A DNA stretch of 64,000 bases, from positions 2,720,001-2,784,000 of the forward strand of contig OZ245817.1 in assembly GCA_965228475.1 (NCBI GenBank). Reading direction: 5' to 3'. The notes beneath the pieces are model-generated. The model did no database searches and was not told where the DNA came from. It saw nothing but the letters and a program-made list of their open reading frames with translations. The stretch comes from Myxococcota bacterium. Its GTDB lineage: Bacteria; Myxococcota_A; UBA9160; JAFDDA01. Shown piece after piece: positions 18,705 through 27,915 of the stretch. The translations under genes were made by a program, and so were the position numbers. The stretch's first letter is position 1, and each line of letters starts with the position of its first letter.

Positions 18705-19169
18705 TTATTCCGCCGCCGGAATGCGAAGCACCTGCCCCGGATAGATCTTGTCCGGGTCCGACAGCATCGGCTTGTTGGCTTCGAAGATGACGGGGTACTT
18801 CATCGCGTCGCCGTAGTGGGCCTTCGCGATCTTCGAGAGCGAATCGCCGCTCACGACCGTGTAGAAGGTCGCCTCGGGCTCCGGCGTCTCGACCGAGATG
18901 CGGTCGTCGACCTTCGCGATGCCCTTGGTGTTCCCGGCGATCAGGATCGCCTTCTCGCGGTCCGCCTGGCTCGCCACGCTGCCGTTCAGGACGGCGGTGT
19001 CGCCATTGACCTCGATCTTCAGCCCCTCGATCTCCAGCCCGTTCGCCGCGATCGCCTCGGCGATCGTGCCGCCGGCGGCTTCCTGCGCCTCGGCGCTCCC
19101 ACCCAGCAGATCGCCAGCCGCGCCTCGCAGCTTCTCACCGGCTTCCTTCACGAAATCGAACAGTCCCAT
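18705..19169 (-). CDS. kbp: BON-LysM potassium-binding protein
   Basis: MGLFDFVKEAGEKL, BON domain, LysM YTVVSGDSLSKIAK...DKIYPGQVLRIP. Confidence 0.9.
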   Translation of the reverse strand: MGLFDFVKEAGEKLRGAAGDLLGGSAEAQEAAGGTIAEAIAANGLEIEGLKIEVNGDTAVLNGSVASQADREKAILIAGNTKGIAKVDDRISVETPEPEATFYTVVSGDSLSKIAKAHYGDAMKYPVIFEANKPMLSDPDKIYPGQVLRIPAAE

Positions 19170-19452
19170 TCTTCCTCCTCGAAGTTCGGATCCGCCCAGG
19201 CCCGGCGACGTCGCTCGGACACGCGCTCGCCGCGCCGGGATCCGATTCCTCCAATGCAGGCTACCGCGGGTCGGTCACCGACGGGCCGCGAAAGCAGCCT
19301 GCTCCGTCGGAATCCGCCCGAGGAGCCCGGCCGGCCGTCGTTGCGCGTCCGTTTCCCATCGCCCGAACCCGGCATCCGTCCCTGCTAGGCTACGGCCCAT
19401 ACGGCCCCACAGAAACCCTTCAGTACGAGCCCGTTTCCGGCGATCCCGAGTC

Positions 19453-20802
19453 ATGGCCCAACCGAGCACTTCCCAGCAGACCCGACCCCGAGCCACGCCC
19501 GCCGCGGCGGATCTGCCGGACCTCGTCTCGGTCGTGATTCCCGCCGCGGACGAGGCCGAGAACGTCGGCCCGCTGCTCGAGCGGCTGCGCCCGGTGCTCG
19601 AGGCCGGCGCCAAGGCCCACGAGGTCATCATCATCGTCCCGCGCCCGGACGACCCGACCGGCGAGGCCGCTCGCAGCGCCGGCGCCTCGGTGATCGTGCA
19701 GAAGCGCCCGGGCTACGGCGGCGCTCTCAAGGAAGGCCTGCTCGCGGCCACCGGCGACTACGTCGTCACCATGGACGCGGACCACTCGCACCCGCCCGAG
19801 AAGGTCGCGGATCTGCTCGCCCACCGGGACGACGCGGACATGGTCGTCTGCTCGCGCTACGTCGGCGGCGCCGCGCCCGAGGCCAGCGGCTGGCGGAACT
19901 TCCTCTCCCGGGTGCTCAACCTGATCTACTCGCGCGCCCTGGCCACGCCCGTGCGCGACACCTCGAGCGGGTTCCGGATCTACCGCCGCCGCGCCCTCGA
20001 AGAGCTCGACCTCTGGGGCGAGAAGTACGACGTCCTCCAGGAGATCCTGGTGAAGATCCACTGCCGCGGCTGGCGGGTCACCGAGATCCCCTTCGACTAC
20101 CAGCCGCGCGCCGCCGGCGAATCTCACGCGCAGCCCGTCGCCTTCGCGCCGCACTTCCTCGCGACGCTCTTCCGCCTGTTCCCGATCCGCAACCACTTCA
20201 CGGCGGCGGACTACGACTCGCGCGCCCACGACAGCATCATCCCGCCCCAGCGCTACTGGCAGCGCAAGCGCTTCGAGATGGTGAACCGGCTCGCCGGATC
20301 GCGCGGGAAGCGCATCGACGTCGGCTGCGGCTCGAGCCGGATCATCCAGTCGAACCCGGGCTCGCTCGGGCTCGACATCGAGCAATCGAAGCTGCGCTTC
20401 CTGCGCGCGACGAACGCGCTGCTCGTGCGCGGCAGCGCCTACGACCTGCCCGTGCCCGACGAGAGCTTCGACGTTGCCGTGAGCTCCCAGGTGATCGAGC
20501 ACATCCCCTACGACCGGCGCCTGTTCACCGAGCTGAACCGCGTCCTGGTGCCCGGGGGCGTTCTCGTGATCGGCACGCCGGACTACGGGCGCGTCCAGTG
20601 GCGAACGATCGAGTGGCTCTACAAGGTCCTCATGCCGAACGGCTACGGCGACGACCACATCACCCACTACACGCGCCAGAGCCTGATCGAGGAGCTCGCC
20701 GCCGCGGGGTTCGCCACGGAGTCCTACGAGTACATTCTCGGCGGCGAACTCGTCGTGAAGGCGACCAAGCGCGAGGGGCTGCCCGCAGGGGCCCCCGCTT
20801 GA
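19453..20802 (+). CDS. GT2 (polyprenol-phosphate glycosyltransferase-like) fused to a class I SAM methyltransferase
   Basis: SVVIPA, GYGGAL, TMDAD.SH and DTSSGFR motifs; then DVGCGS and SQVIEH. Confidence 0.85.
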   Translation: MAQPSTSQQTRPRATPAAADLPDLVSVVIPAADEAENVGPLLERLRPVLEAGAKAHEVIIIVPRPDDPTGEAARSAGASVIVQKRPGYGGALKEGLLAATGDYVVTMDADHSHPPEKVADLLAHRDDADMVVCSRYVGGAAPEASGWRNFLSRVLNLIYSRALATPVRDTSSGFRIYRRRALEELDLWGEKYDVLQEILVKIHCRGWRVTEIPFDYQPRAAGESHAQPVAFAPHFLATLFRLFPIRNHFTAADYDSRAHDSIIPPQRYWQRKRFEMVNRLAGSRGKRIDVGCGSSRIIQSNPGSLGLDIEQSKLRFLRATNALLVRGSAYDLPVPDESFDVAVSSQVIEHIPYDRRLFTELNRVLVPGGVLVIGTPDYGRVQWRTIEWLYKVLMPNGYGDDHITHYTRQSLIEELAAAGFATESYEYILGGELVVKATKREGLPAGAPA

Positions 20803-22730
20803 CCCAACGACCGGGGCCGCCTGCCGCAAGGCTCGAGGCCCTCGACGGCTTGCTGGCCGCCGGCGTCTTCCTCCTCGCCATGGCCTGGTTCTCCCTCACC
20901 TGGACGGCGACCTTCGAGCCGCGCGACGAGGGCTACCTGCTCGCCCAGAGCCAGCGCGTCCTCGCGGGCGAACTGCCGCACCGCGACTTCACCGACGTCT
21001 ACGGCCCCGGCGCGCTCACCGTGACGGCAGCGCTGCTCGCCGCGGGCGAAGGCGACGTGCGCGGGGTCCGCATCGCGATCGCGGTATGGAAGGCGCTCGC
21101 GGTCGTCCTGGCATTCCTGCTCGCGCGGGGGCTCGTCGGCCGCCCGTGGGCCCTGCTCGGCGCGCTGGCCGCCGCCGCGTTCTGGGGCCGCCTCTCCTGG
21201 AACCTGAACACACCCTACGCCTCCCTCTACACCGTCCCGCTCCTGCTGCTCGCGGCCGCGGTCCTCGCGGCGGCGGAGTCTCGCGGCTCGGCGCGCGGAC
21301 GGTTCCTCGCCGGCGCCGTGGCCGGGAGTGCCGTGCTGTTCAAGCAGACCCTGGGGCTGATGGGCGCCTACGGCCTCGGGCTCGCGGTCGCGGCCGTCGC
21401 GCTGCTCGAGACGCGAGGTTCGGGTTCGACCTCGCGCGGCACTCCGGCGGTGCTCGGCCTGTGGGCCGTCGCCGCGATCGCACCGCTCGTTGCGGTCGCC
21501 GGATATCTCTCCGCGACGACCTACGCGGTGCACTTTCTCCCGCTCCATGCCTGGATGGCCTGCATCGCCGTCGGCGCGGCCCGGCGGGGGAACGGCCTCA
21601 CCGCCGGCGACCTCGTCGCCCGGCTCCTGCCCTATGGCCTGGGCCTCGCCGTCCTCCCCGGCCTGGCCGCGCTCTACTACGCGATGCAAGGCGCGCTCGG
21701 CGCCATGCTCCACGACATGTTCGTTCTTCCCCGGTCGCTCGTGAACTACGCCCTTCCCCTCGCTCTCCCGCCCTGGGGGGCGTTCGCCGTGCTCGCCGCG
21801 GGCGCCTGCGCGATTGCCGCGCCGCCGCTCGCGCTGCGCGGCACGCCGCGCGCCGCGGGCGTCGCCCTGTTCGCGGCCGCGGCTCTCGCCTGGGTCGGCT
21901 CGCAGCAGGTCTCCCTGGCCAGGATGCTCACGGTCGGGCCGGCGCTGTTCGAACCCGTCCAGCTCGCTCTCATTGCTGCGCTCGGACTCGCCGTGTTCGG
22001 CCCTTCGATCGGATCGGGCCGAGTTTCCCCGGCACTGCCCGCCCTCGTCTTCACGCATCTCCTGCTGTGCTTCCAAGGCTTCCCGCGTGGCGGCGTCGAC
22101 GTCTACCTGACCCAGGGGGCACAGATGCCGCTCCTGGCCGTCGCCCTCGGCACGGTCGGCGCGCGCCTGCCGACGACGCCGAGCCGGCGCCTGGGCGGCG
22201 TCGCACTCTCCCTGGTGTTGGTCTGGCTCGCCTTCCCCGCGGCCCAGGGCGTCGTCCAGACGGCGAGGGCACCGCTCGCGACCCGGGCCCTGGCACTCCC
22301 CGGCTTCGAGTCGGTCCACATGCCGACCCGGGTGCTGCGCGAGTTCGAGATCGACGATCTCGAACGGCTCGCCGCCGCCCTGGCGATCGCGGAGCCCGCC
22401 GACGCCCCCCTCGTCCACTTCCATCACGACCTCTCCCTGGCCTTCGCGAGCTCCCGGGAGGATCTCTTCGCGGACCGCCGCGCGCGGCTCTTCTGGGTCG
22501 CCTGGGACATGCTGCCCGCGTCCGAGATCGCGAAGCTCGAGGAGGACCGCATGATCGAGCGCCTCGCGGCGACGCCGGACGCGATCGTCGTCGACCGCCA
22601 CGGCGAGGGCACCGAGCGGCTGCGGCGCGCACTCCCGAAGTTCGCGACGTTCCTCGACGTCCACTATCAAGCCACCGCGCAGATGGGCCCCTACCGGACC
22701 CTCCGCCGCAAGCCGGAACCGACGCCTTGA
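20799..22730 (+). CDS. Polytopic GT-C-type (PMT/ArnT-like) glycosyltransferase
   Basis: DEG...LPHRDF..YGPG in the first loop, FKQ motif, many TM helices; TTGA overlap with the previous stop. Confidence 0.7.
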   Translation: MTQRPGPPAARLEALDGLLAAGVFLLAMAWFSLTWTATFEPRDEGYLLAQSQRVLAGELPHRDFTDVYGPGALTVTAALLAAGEGDVRGVRIAIAVWKALAVVLAFLLARGLVGRPWALLGALAAAAFWGRLSWNLNTPYASLYTVPLLLLAAAVLAAAESRGSARGRFLAGAVAGSAVLFKQTLGLMGAYGLGLAVAAVALLETRGSGSTSRGTPAVLGLWAVAAIAPLVAVAGYLSATTYAVHFLPLHAWMACIAVGAARRGNGLTAGDLVARLLPYGLGLAVLPGLAALYYAMQGALGAMLHDMFVLPRSLVNYALPLALPPWGAFAVLAAGACAIAAPPLALRGTPRAAGVALFAAAALAWVGSQQVSLARMLTVGPALFEPVQLALIAALGLAVFGPSIGSGRVSPALPALVFTHLLLCFQGFPRGGVDVYLTQGAQMPLLAVALGTVGARLPTTPSRRLGGVALSLVLVWLAFPAAQGVVQTARAPLATRALALPGFESVHMPTRVLREFEIDDLERLAAALAIAEPADAPLVHFHHDLSLAFASSREDLFADRRARLFWVAWDMLPASEIAKLEEDRMIERLAATPDAIVVDRHGEGTERLRRALPKFATFLDVHYQATAQMGPYRTLRRKPEPTP

Positions 22731-22732
22731 GC

Positions 22733-24070
22733 ATGAATCGAACGCAGCCCCGGGGCCGTGGGAGACGCGCCCTGCTCGGAGCCGTCACCGCGACGCTCCT
22801 CGCCTTCGCCCCCACGGCCTGCAGCCCCGGCCCGAGCGGGCCGCCGAACGTGCTGGTCGTCGTGCTCGACGCCGCACGCGCCGACCACTTCGGCACCTAC
22901 GGCTACGAGCGCGACACGACCCCTCACATCGACGCCTTCGCGCGCGACGCCGTCCGCTACGAGACGGCGATCGCCGAGAGCGCCTACACCTTCGCCTCGA
23001 CGGCGGCATTGATGACCGGCCTTCCCCCGGCCGAGACCGGCCTGCTGAGCCCCCAGCGCCTCGGCCCCGATCTGCGCCTGCTCGCGGAGGTCGCCGAAGC
23101 CGCGGGGCGGCTCGCGGTCGGCTACTCCGAGAACCCCTACATCACGCGCTACTTCGGCTTCGAGCAGGGCTTCACGCTGCTCGACGAGGCCGTCGCCGTC
23201 GGGCGCAAGAGCCAGCGCCCCGTCGACAGCCACGCGGGGATCGCGCGGCTCTTCACCCGCCTCGACTACGAACGCGACCGGCCCTTCTTCGCCTACGTCC
23301 ACCTGCTCCGGCCTCACAACCCCTACGCCCCTCCGGAGGGGTTCGCGGGCCGCTTCGGCTCCCGGGCGGACCGGCGCGTCGACGGGTCGACGGCGACGCT
23401 GCTCGCCCTCGACGAGGGCAAGCGCGAGCCGCAGCCCGGGCAGATGGAGAACATCATCGCGCTCTACGACGAGAACCTGGCCTACGGCGACGCGCTCTTC
23501 GGCGAGATCCTCGCGGGTCTGCGGGAACGCGGGCGCCTCGCGAACACCGTCGTCGTGCTGACCTCGGACCACGGCGAGGCCTTCCTCGAACACGGCCGCA
23601 TGCTCCACACCCACACCACCTACGACGAGATGATTCGCATCCCGCTGATCGTGCGGATCCCCGGAGGCGAGGGTGGCTCGGTCGACGCGCCCGTGCAGCT
23701 CGCGGACCTCGGGACGGCGCTCGCCCGCGTCCTCGGGAACGAACCCGGTTCGGCGGAAGCCCTCGGCGCCCTCGGGCGCGAGGGCGCCACGGTCTCCTTC
23801 ACCCTGCCCGGCACGGGCCATGCCGCGGCGCGCACGCGCGAACGCAAGCTCATCGCGCGCACCGAGACGCTCGAGCCGATGGGCTACTACGACCTCCTCC
23901 GCGACGCCGGAGAGCGCTCCCCGCTCGAGCTGGATGCGGCGGCGACCCCGCTCCTCCAGAGCCTCCAGCGCGGCCTCCCGCCCGAAGCACGCGCCGACGT
24001 CGTCTCGCCGACCGACGACGACGAAGCCCTGCGCGAGCGCCTCGAGGCCCTCGGTTACATCGACCCCTGA
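22733..24070 (+). CDS. Sulfatase-like (alkaline phosphatase superfamily) lipoprotein with Thr at the nucleophile position
   Basis: PNVLVVVLDAARADH, YTFASTAALMTG, PHNPY, TSDHGE and LEALGY motifs. Confidence 0.85.
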   Translation: MNRTQPRGRGRRALLGAVTATLLAFAPTACSPGPSGPPNVLVVVLDAARADHFGTYGYERDTTPHIDAFARDAVRYETAIAESAYTFASTAALMTGLPPAETGLLSPQRLGPDLRLLAEVAEAAGRLAVGYSENPYITRYFGFEQGFTLLDEAVAVGRKSQRPVDSHAGIARLFTRLDYERDRPFFAYVHLLRPHNPYAPPEGFAGRFGSRADRRVDGSTATLLALDEGKREPQPGQMENIIALYDENLAYGDALFGEILAGLRERGRLANTVVVLTSDHGEAFLEHGRMLHTHTTYDEMIRIPLIVRIPGGEGGSVDAPVQLADLGTALARVLGNEPGSAEALGALGREGATVSFTLPGTGHAAARTRERKLIARTETLEPMGYYDLLRDAGERSPLELDAAATPLLQSLQRGLPPEARADVVSPTDDDEALRERLEALGYIDP

Positions 24071-24105
24071 GCCGCCCCGCCGGCGGGCGCGTCCGGACGA
24101 TCCGC

Positions 24106-24111
24106 TAAGGT
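24106..24111 (+). promoter_or_regulatory. -10 box TAAGGT, 8 nt before GTG 24120
   Basis: TANNNT at leaderless spacing. Confidence 0.5.
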
Positions 24112-24119
24112 CGGACGCC

Positions 24120-24767
24120 GTGGATTCCCTGCAGCTCGAACCCGGAACGCGCGCGACGATCCTCGTCCACTACTACCGCGCGATGGTGGGCCGCGCCGAC
24201 ATCTGGCGCATGCGCATGGACACGACCACCCACTGGGCGATCGGCGCGACCGCCGCCGTGGCTTCCTTCGCGCTCGGGAACGCGGCGGTTCCCCACTACG
24301 TGGTGCACATCGCCTCCTTCCTGACGGTGATCTTCCTCCTGCTCGAGGCCCGGCGGCTGACCTTCTACCACCTGTGGCAGAGCCGCGTGCTCGACCTCGA
24401 GCGCACCCTCGTGGCGCCCGCCCTCGCCGACGAGACCACGACGGCCGCGGATCTCCCGAAGCTCGAGGACGAGCTCGGTCCCGAGCTCGGCACGACCATC
24501 CCGACCATGTCGATGGGCAAGGCGGCCGCGCGCCGGCTGCGCCGCGTGTACGTCTACCTGTTCGCGGTCCAGGGGCTGGCGTGGCTGATGAAGCTCGCGA
24601 CCCATCCCGAGCCGGCCCAGGACGCGGGCGCGCTGGTCGCCCGCGCTGGCATCGGCGCGGTACCGGGCGCCGTGACGCTGGGCCTGGGTGCAGTGGGACT
24701 CGCCTTCGCCGTGGGTCTCGCCGTCGCCCGCGGCGGCGTGAGCCGGCGCTCGGTTCAAAGCGCCTAG
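24120..24767 (+). CDS. DUF2270 family membrane protein
   Basis: HYYRA...WRMRMDTTTHWA and LEARR motifs. Confidence 0.8.
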   Translation: MDSLQLEPGTRATILVHYYRAMVGRADIWRMRMDTTTHWAIGATAAVASFALGNAAVPHYVVHIASFLTVIFLLLEARRLTFYHLWQSRVLDLERTLVAPALADETTTAADLPKLEDELGPELGTTIPTMSMGKAAARRLRRVYVYLFAVQGLAWLMKLATHPEPAQDAGALVARAGIGAVPGAVTLGLGAVGLAFAVGLAVARGGVSRRSVQSA

Positions 24768-24770
24768 GCC

Positions 24771-26804
24771 TCAGGGAAGCGCTTCGAAGCAGTCCTTCAC
24801 CAGGTGGAAGCGCCCTTCGAGCCGGAGATCGCGCGAGGACGCGCCCACGGCGATCCGATACTCCCCCGCCTCCGCACGCCAGCCCCGCTGCAGCTCGTCG
24901 AACCAGGCAAGGTCGCGGGCCCGGAGCCGGAACTCGACGCGGCGGCTCTCGCCCGCCACGAGCGTGCACTTCTCGAACCCGGCGAGCTCGCGAACCGGCC
25001 GGGGCACCACGCTCAGCTCGGGCCCGACGTAGAGCTGCGCCACCTCGGCCCCGTCCCGGCCCCCGACATTCGTCACGGTGAAGGAGATGCCGAGGCTCCC
25101 CTCCCCTTCCCACGACCCGGCATCGACCGCGAGATCCGCGTACTCGAACGCGGTGTAGGAGAGCCCGTGGCCGAACGGGAAGAGCGGCTCGATCTCCTCG
25201 CGGTCGAAGTGGCGGTAGCCGACGAAGACGTCCTCGTCGTAGTGCACGGTTCGCCCGACCCCGGGGAAGTTGCGCGGCGCCCGGTGGGCGGGCGAGTGAC
25301 GGAGCGTCTTCGGGAACGTCACCGGGAGCTTTCCGGAGGGATTCACGGCCCCGGTCAGGCCCGCTGCGATGGCGTGGCCCCCTTCCATGCCCGGGTACCA
25401 CGCCATGAGCACGGCCGGCACGGCGTCGAGCCACTCCATCTCGATCGGGCTCCCGGCGATGATCACGACGACCGTGTTCGGGTTCGCCGCCACGGTGCGG
25501 CGGATGAGCGCCTCCTGGCGCGCCGGGAGCGCCAGCCGGCGGCGGTCCATGACCTCGGAGTCGTGCCCGGGCCGGTGGCTCAAGCCGACGCACACGATCG
25601 CGAGGTCCGCCTCGGCGGGGTCCCGGACCAGCGCGGCCCGGCCGGCCAGGGCCTCGGCGATGCCCCGGCGCGGCGTGATCTCGTGCGGCGGCCAGACGCC
25701 GGAACTTCCGCCCCAGAGCGGCAGGCAGTTGCGCGCGTTCGCCTTCGGGCCGAGCACGGCCACCGTCTTCACGTTCGTCGGGTCGAGGGGCAGGAGATCG
25801 CCTTCGTTCTTCAGCAGGACGAGGCTCGCCTCCGCGACGTCGCGGGCCACGCGCTCGGTCTCGGGCGTCCCGAGGCGGCCCGGGCGCTTTCGCGGCGGTC
25901 CGTCGACGTGCCCCGTCAGGAACATCACCCGGACGAGGCCCTCGAGCGCAGCGTCGAGCTCCGCCTCGCCGAAGCGGCCCTCGGCGTGCTCCGCGGCGAG
26001 GGCGTCCGTGCGGTAGCGCGTGCCCTTGCCGGGCATCTCGAGGGAGAGCCCCGCCCGCAGGCAGGCTTCGCCGCTGCTCGTGCGGCGCACGGCGAACCAG
26101 TCCGAGACGGTGAAGCCCCGGAAGCCCCACTCTTCGCGCAGGATCTCGGTCAGCAGTTCCCGGTTCTCGCAGGCCGCGGTTCCGTTCACCGCGTTGTAGG
26201 CGGCCATCACCGACCACGCATCCGCCTCGCGCACCGCCGCCTCGAAGGCCGGGAGGTAGAGCTCGCGCAGCGCGCGCGGACTCACCCGCACGTCGTGCTT
26301 CATGCGCTCGCTCTCCTGATTGTTCGCGACGTAGTGCTTCACGCAGGCCGCGACGCCCTGGGATTGCACGCCCTCGATGAAGGGCACGGTCAGCCGCGCG
26401 TTCAGGTGCGGGTCCTCGGTCAGGTACTCGAAGGTCCGGCCGCCGAGCGGCGTGCGCAGGAGGTTCACCGCCGGGCCGAGGATCATCCGGCAACCCGCCG
26501 CGCGGGTCTCCTCGCCGAGCGCCTCCCCGTAGCGGCGCGCGAGGTCCCGGTCCCAGGTGGCCCCGAGGGCGATGCCCGACGGGAACGACGTCCCCCGGCG
26601 GCGCGCCGAGTGGAGCGCGACCCCGCGTGGGCCGTCGGTCATGCGGAAGGGGCGCAGCCCCAGGCGCGGCACCGCGCGCGTCTCCCAGAAGTTCCGGCCC
26701 GCACACAGCGAGAGCTTCTCTTCGACGGTCACCGCCGCGAGCAGTGCGGCGACGCGCTCCTCGAGCGGCAGGCTCTCGTCTCGGAAGTCGGCGGTCTCGG
26801 TCAT
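24771..26804 (-). CDS. GH3 beta-glucosidase
   Basis: TDGPRG, GGRTFEYLTEDP, KHYVAN, SDW nucleophile, PFGHGLSYT and Fn3-like tail. Confidence 0.95.
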   Translation of the reverse strand: MTETADFRDESLPLEERVAALLAAVTVEEKLSLCAGRNFWETRAVPRLGLRPFRMTDGPRGVALHSARRRGTSFPSGIALGATWDRDLARRYGEALGEETRAAGCRMILGPAVNLLRTPLGGRTFEYLTEDPHLNARLTVPFIEGVQSQGVAACVKHYVANNQESERMKHDVRVSPRALRELYLPAFEAAVREADAWSVMAAYNAVNGTAACENRELLTEILREEWGFRGFTVSDWFAVRRTSSGEACLRAGLSLEMPGKGTRYRTDALAAEHAEGRFGEAELDAALEGLVRVMFLTGHVDGPPRKRPGRLGTPETERVARDVAEASLVLLKNEGDLLPLDPTNVKTVAVLGPKANARNCLPLWGGSSGVWPPHEITPRRGIAEALAGRAALVRDPAEADLAIVCVGLSHRPGHDSEVMDRRRLALPARQEALIRRTVAANPNTVVVIIAGSPIEMEWLDAVPAVLMAWYPGMEGGHAIAAGLTGAVNPSGKLPVTFPKTLRHSPAHRAPRNFPGVGRTVHYDEDVFVGYRHFDREEIEPLFPFGHGLSYTAFEYADLAVDAGSWEGEGSLGISFTVTNVGGRDGAEVAQLYVGPELSVVPRPVRELAGFEKCTLVAGESRRVEFRLRARDLAWFDELQRGWRAEAGEYRIAVGASSRDLRLEGRFHLVKDCFEALP

Positions 26805-27862
26805 GGCGTGGTCTCTCCGTCCCAGCCCTGGTCCTCGAGGGCGTCGAAGGCGGCCTGGATCCGCTCGGCTTCGGGGTGCGCGGCGATGCGCTCGCGATAG
26901 ATCGCACGCTGCTGCTCGGCCACGAGCTTCGGCTGTTCGACCGTCGCCCACTGGCAGATCTCGGCCCAGAACCCGTCGACGATCTCGTGCCCGGCGATCG
27001 TGCCCCCGTCGAGGGTGTGGAAGTGGCAGTGCCGGATCTCGCCGAGCACGAGGCGCAGGGAGCGCACGTGGATCGCCTCGTCCCGGCGGATCCGGCGCAC
27101 GATCTCGGCCGCGCGCCCGGCGGCCGCCCGGTCTTCGCGGAAGAGGTCCGGGTCCATGAGCAGGGCCTCGGTCATCGAGAAGCCCCGCTCGGCCCGGAAC
27201 TCGATCAACAGCAGGTTCAGCAGGAAGTAGATCACCCGCATCGGGCCTTCCTGGATGTTCGGCCGCGCCCGCAGCGCTTCGTCCGGGCGGGCGATGTTGC
27301 CGGCGTCGGGCGGGTCGGGGAAGTCGGCGTCCGGGAAGACGAGATCGCGCAGGGCGAACCACATCGTGTCGTGGCCGCCGAGCCCCTTCGCCGGTTCGCC
27401 GCCTTCGTCGAGCCCGTGAGCCTTGAGCAACCCGGCGTGCAGATGGCCGAGGGCCATCTGCGAGACGTCCTCCACGACGACCGGCTGGAAGTCGGGGAAG
27501 CTCATCTCCGCGAGAACGCGTCCACGGGCTTCGATCTGGCCGGTGATCGTGAGCATGTTCCAGAAGCTCTGCCCGAGGCCCTCCAGGAGCAGGAGCTTCA
27601 TCTGCTCGGGGTTCGGATAGCGGATCCCCGCGAGCAGCCGGTTGTCGGCGGCCAGCGGCTCGCCACCGCGCGCGGCGAGCGCGGCTTCCCAGGCCTCGAG
27701 TGCGGGCTCGCGCAGGAGCGCGCGCGGCGGGACGTAGGCTCCCTCGGCATCGAAGCCTCCGTGCAGGCGCAGGCCGGCCTCCACGTGGGGCACGGCGAAC
27801 TCGTGGGAGCGCAGGAGTTCTTCTTCGCTGTAGCGGAGTTTGGCGGGGTCTCGGAGCTGCAC
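26801..27862 (-). CDS. Ferritin-like diiron protein of unknown function
   Basis: GQIEARG, DEGG...GHD, LIEFRAE and IRRDEAIH (DExxH) motifs; ATGA overlap with the GH3 gene. Confidence 0.6.
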   Translation of the reverse strand: MQLRDPAKLRYSEEELLRSHEFAVPHVEAGLRLHGGFDAEGAYVPPRALLREPALEAWEAALAARGGEPLAADNRLLAGIRYPNPEQMKLLLLEGLGQSFWNMLTITGQIEARGRVLAEMSFPDFQPVVVEDVSQMALGHLHAGLLKAHGLDEGGEPAKGLGGHDTMWFALRDLVFPDADFPDPPDAGNIARPDEALRARPNIQEGPMRVIYFLLNLLLIEFRAERGFSMTEALLMDPDLFREDRAAAGRAAEIVRRIRRDEAIHVRSLRLVLGEIRHCHFHTLDGGTIAGHEIVDGFWAEICQWATVEQPKLVAEQQRAIYRERIAAHPEAERIQAAFDALEDQGWDGETTP

Positions 27863-27915
27863 GGGGGGCCTCGGCGGCGAGACTACCACGGGCGCGCGTT
27901 CGGCTGGGGGCGGCG

